NCBI RefSeq assembly: GCF_022045235.1
Contig: NW_027266279.1
Span: forward strand, 10,230,001-10,294,000
Direction: 5' to 3'
Source: Haliotis cracherodii
Taxonomy: Eukaryota
Length of the DNA: 64,000 bases
Numbering within the stretch: position 1 is the first letter of the stretch; each line of letters opens with the position of its first letter. Shown piece by piece: positions 60,901-64,000 of the stretch. The notes beneath the pieces are model-generated. The model made no database searches. It worked only from the letters and a program-made list of their open reading frames with translations, and was not told the DNA's origin. Position numbers and translations under genes: made by a program.

Positions 60901-63395
60901 TTTTAATTGCCAATGATTATGAATGTGATGTCAAGAGCCTGCAGTTCATTGTGCTCATGGTCCAAGCTTGTTCATGTTGTGAAATTGTGGTCAATAATGA
61001 TTACTGATTGTGACAAAGGTAAAGCAATTGGTACTTTGGTACAGCACTGATTCCTCAGGTTATATACTAATTCTACTTATTGCAACAGGGAAGAGTTGAT
61101 GAAGAAAGCAGGATGTGTGTCAAGGGAGAATCTCATCTCCATGGGAACCTGTTTTGGAAAGTTCACCAAGTCTGGAAGTTTCAGATTACACATAACAGCA
61201 TTAGATTACATAGCGCCATATGCTAAGGTAAGGGTTTGTTCACAATAGACGGCACATTCTGCTGACAGTATAAGACACTGTTTAGTGACATGTGCTAATA
61301 TTGTCTTTAGGGTATGATAGAAGACTAACTATAGATTACTTAGCACCATATTAAATCTATTACCATCATTTCTAAGGTGAAGAATGGGACATGATGGGGG
61401 CAAGGTATCACGTTTGTCTGGGGCACGGCAATGTGCTTTGCAGAGTTACATCCCTTGGGCACAGCTGTGGATTCAAATTCTGGTTTGCCATGATAATGTT
61501 TCAGGGTTTGTCAGTACCATACCAGTTATGGCTTTTCTCATAGTAAAATATTGATGGAAAGTTTTGGTAGGTTGTTAAAGTTTATAGTTCTCCGGGTGTC
61601 ACCATTTACTGTTTCACCTAGGCAGAGGGGGCACGGGTGGCCCAGTCGTCTAAGGCACCACAATTCGCTGTGCAGAGTTGCATCCCTTGGACAAGCCAGA
61701 AATCGATGATTGTGGGTTCGAATCCAGGTTCACCCCGATTATGTTTCTAGGTTTGTCAGCACCATACCCGTGCTCGTTGGTTTCACCGAAGTGGTAAACC
61801 TTGAAGATCTGCATCACTTTGGGCTTTCCTCCCACATTAAGCTGACACACCGTGAAATAATTGAAATGTAGTACTGTTAAAAGCTGCGTTAAACCCAAAT
61901 CACTCACTCACCTTGGCAGAGAAACACACCCATTTTTCTGAACACTTTTTCAAATAATGGCAGACAATACATAAACAAATTATGATGAATAATGCATTTC
62001 CCTTGCTCAATCCTCAAAGGACAACTCAAATTATCCTGTGGAGGATTGCGTTTGACAAGTGTTCACTATTTTCAATGCTGGGGTATGTGTTGGATATGTA
62101 CAGTGGTCCCATCTCTGGTTACTCTTATTCAAGTATGTGATGTTTCAGTTTAAGGTGTGGCTGAAGCCGAGTGCTGAGCAGCAGTTTCTGTACGGCCACC
62201 ATGTGATGAAGTCCGGACTCGGGAGGATAACAGAGAACACATCACAGTACCAGGGCTTGGTCGTGTACAGCATGAGTGATCTCCCCTTGGTAAGACCCAG
62301 GTTTAGAAGATGACAAGTGGTTATTCCAGTTGCTGAAAAAGTAAAGTTCATCAACTGTGAACGACAACAATGAAACATGCTTTTTCATTTTGTCCGGTTT
62401 GCATGTGGCACAGCTAATTTGCAATTTGATTAAATCAGTGCCGATTGAGTCTTATTCAGACCTGATGACATAGATTATTGCTGATATTTTCTGTTGGGTT
62501 TTCCTTGTCCTGACTCAATTCTCTGGTTAATATTACAGGCTGGAATATTGCAGACTTCAACCACATTCTCTCTCAGACTCGAGGACTAAGTTGATTGTGT
62601 GTCACCATACCCAATCTCATTAAAATCAGATCTTAGTTCTCGCTATTGCTAAACAAAGATCTAAGGACATCCAATTACGAGTGACGTCAGACCGACCTTG
62701 CGGGAACTTTGACTGACCAATGGAATGACCAATCAGAAGGCAGCTTTCTCGTGCTTTACGGCACAAATTTCAAATTGGTGACTACGCATTGAAACATATT
62801 TTGACAAATTCTCAATGACAAATTTGAAACATGAACAAAAAAACATTCTGGAATGACTAATAGATGGTCTAGATTGTAAGGATTCAGTTGTTAAACCCGT
62901 AACTATCGTTTGGAATACCCCATATTAAAGTTCTCGAGATTGCGTGATTAGAAATCACATTCCAACTGTCACTTTCATAATCTGGTAAGCGACGCACTGA
63001 TTGGTCAGATGAAAGGTCATTCTGACGTGACCCCTAATGGGATGTCTTCAGATCTTTGTTTAGTGGTAGCAAGAACTAAGGTCTGATTTTAATGAGATTG
63101 TCATCATACCCCAATGTTGTGGATGGATTGACTTGTTTATTACAGGGCACTGGACTATTGATGAGTGCAGCTTAAGAAACAAGCAAGGAAATACCAGTTG
63201 TCATGAGCCAGTTACCCACAACAGTCATTAAAACTTCGGGAAAAGATTTTTGACACTTGGTCTGTTATGTTGCAGGGGTTTGGTGTGGCAGCGAAGTCGA
63301 CACAGGACTGCCGTCACTGTGATCCGATGACCCTCGTGGCCTTCCACCAAGCAGATGTTGGAGAGTACATACGAAATGAGGAGGCATTATTGTAG
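57950..63395 (+). CDS. NIP7: 60S ribosome subunit biogenesis protein NIP7 homolog (180 aa)
   Basis: Exons 57950-58005, 60409-60495, 61089-61227, 62149-62289, 63276-63395 (543 nt). Translation [47 protein letters not shown]...[59 protein letters not shown]...[23 protein letters not shown] at 63422. Confidence 0.97.
60554..60794 (+). mobile_element. Penelope-like terminal-repeat fragment carrying a hammerhead-type core
   Basis: Flanked by 9-bp direct repeat ATGTCCATT (60545-60553, 60795-60803). Contains CTGATGA-A-GGAGTA-loop-TACTCC-GAAAC followed by AATAAA. A partial relative lies on the minus strand at ~16980-17045. Confidence 0.65.
61626..61906 (+). mobile_element. SINE family B in NIP7 intron 3
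   Basis: TSD CACCT(A/T)GGCAGA. Confidence 0.85.
62612..63100. mobile_element. Mutator-like non-autonomous element with ~100-bp TIRs
   Basis: CAATCTCATTAAAATCAGA...TCTGATTTTAATGAGATTG; 10-bp flanking duplication TCA(C/T)CATACC. Confidence 0.75.
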
Positions 63396-64000
63396 TTCTT
63401 GTCAGATTTCATGGCATTGTAAATAAACACCAATTCTGTACATAATGAAGGCTTTATGTTGTGTCTTGTGTTTTTGGCCCTTTTGAAATCGTTATAGATT
63501 ATTAGGTGTGTTCACATGAATGGGTAAACAGATGTTTTATTTCAACACTTTATCATGCAACTTGTGACATAATCCATTGTTGACGATGTGTTTTTAAACC
63601 AGTGACAAACTGACCTCTGTTGTGTTCTTCATGTGAATAACAACAAATTTTCGATAGGGTTGGTTTAGGGATATTATGCCAAGGACAATATCTCTGTATA
63701 TTAGCTATGATAAAGGTTACATAATTTTTCAGGGCATTATCAATTGCCGAAAGCCTGATATCTGTTCAACTGCCCTCCCTTGTTAATGGCAGACCTGAGG
63801 CTTCTGCACATGATATTGCCCTAAAACACATGTGCTGCTGAATATCCAACCCCCCAGGAAGCTCTGAATGTAGATCAGAATTAGTCTTGAGCAACTCATG
63901 CTTGTCGTAAGAAACAATGACTGCCTCCATGGTCTAGTGGTTGAGCGTCCGTCCCGGAGAGCGGAAGGTTGAGGGTTCGATCCCCGTCCGTTTCATACCA

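Noticed and set aside
60910-61010. Possible C/D box snoRNA in NIP7 intron 2 (ATGATTA...CTGA, ~80 nt before the acceptor)
   Set aside because: Imperfect C box, only a 3-bp terminal stem, and no rRNA-complementary guide that I could recognise. A snoscan/Infernal search would be needed.

Overview
Eukaryotic, AT-rich, repeat-dense genomic DNA. The SINE/MITE landscape suggests a mollusc, possibly a gastropod such as abalone (inference). Six spliced protein-coding genes could be reconstructed by hand, each with GT-AG introns and consistent phases. (1) A 253-aa phospholipid scramblase (PLSCR family), minus strand, 8404-16605. (2-4) Three tandem copies of an unrecognised secreted ~110-aa His-rich/Ser-Gly-rich protein, plus strand, at 24.3, 30.2 and 37.5 kb. 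(5) A 415-aa protein, minus strand, 50305-57561, whose C-terminus is a small vasohibin-binding protein (SVBP/CCDC23) motif. (6) NIP7 (180 aa), plus strand, 57950-63395, head-to-head with gene 5 across a ~390-bp promoter. The rest is mostly four retroposon families (many with 9-13 bp target-site duplications, TSDs), several MITEs, a truncated Tc1 element, LINE RT remnants, a Penelope-like fragment with a hammerhead core, and minisatellites. Main points of interest: the His-rich secreted-protein cluster with exon-restricted homogenisation; minisatellites built from exon-end/splice-donor junctions of the scramblase gene, including ~14 copies of its start-codon exon; and the long SVBP form. All coordinates were read by eye; repeat boundaries are approximate.
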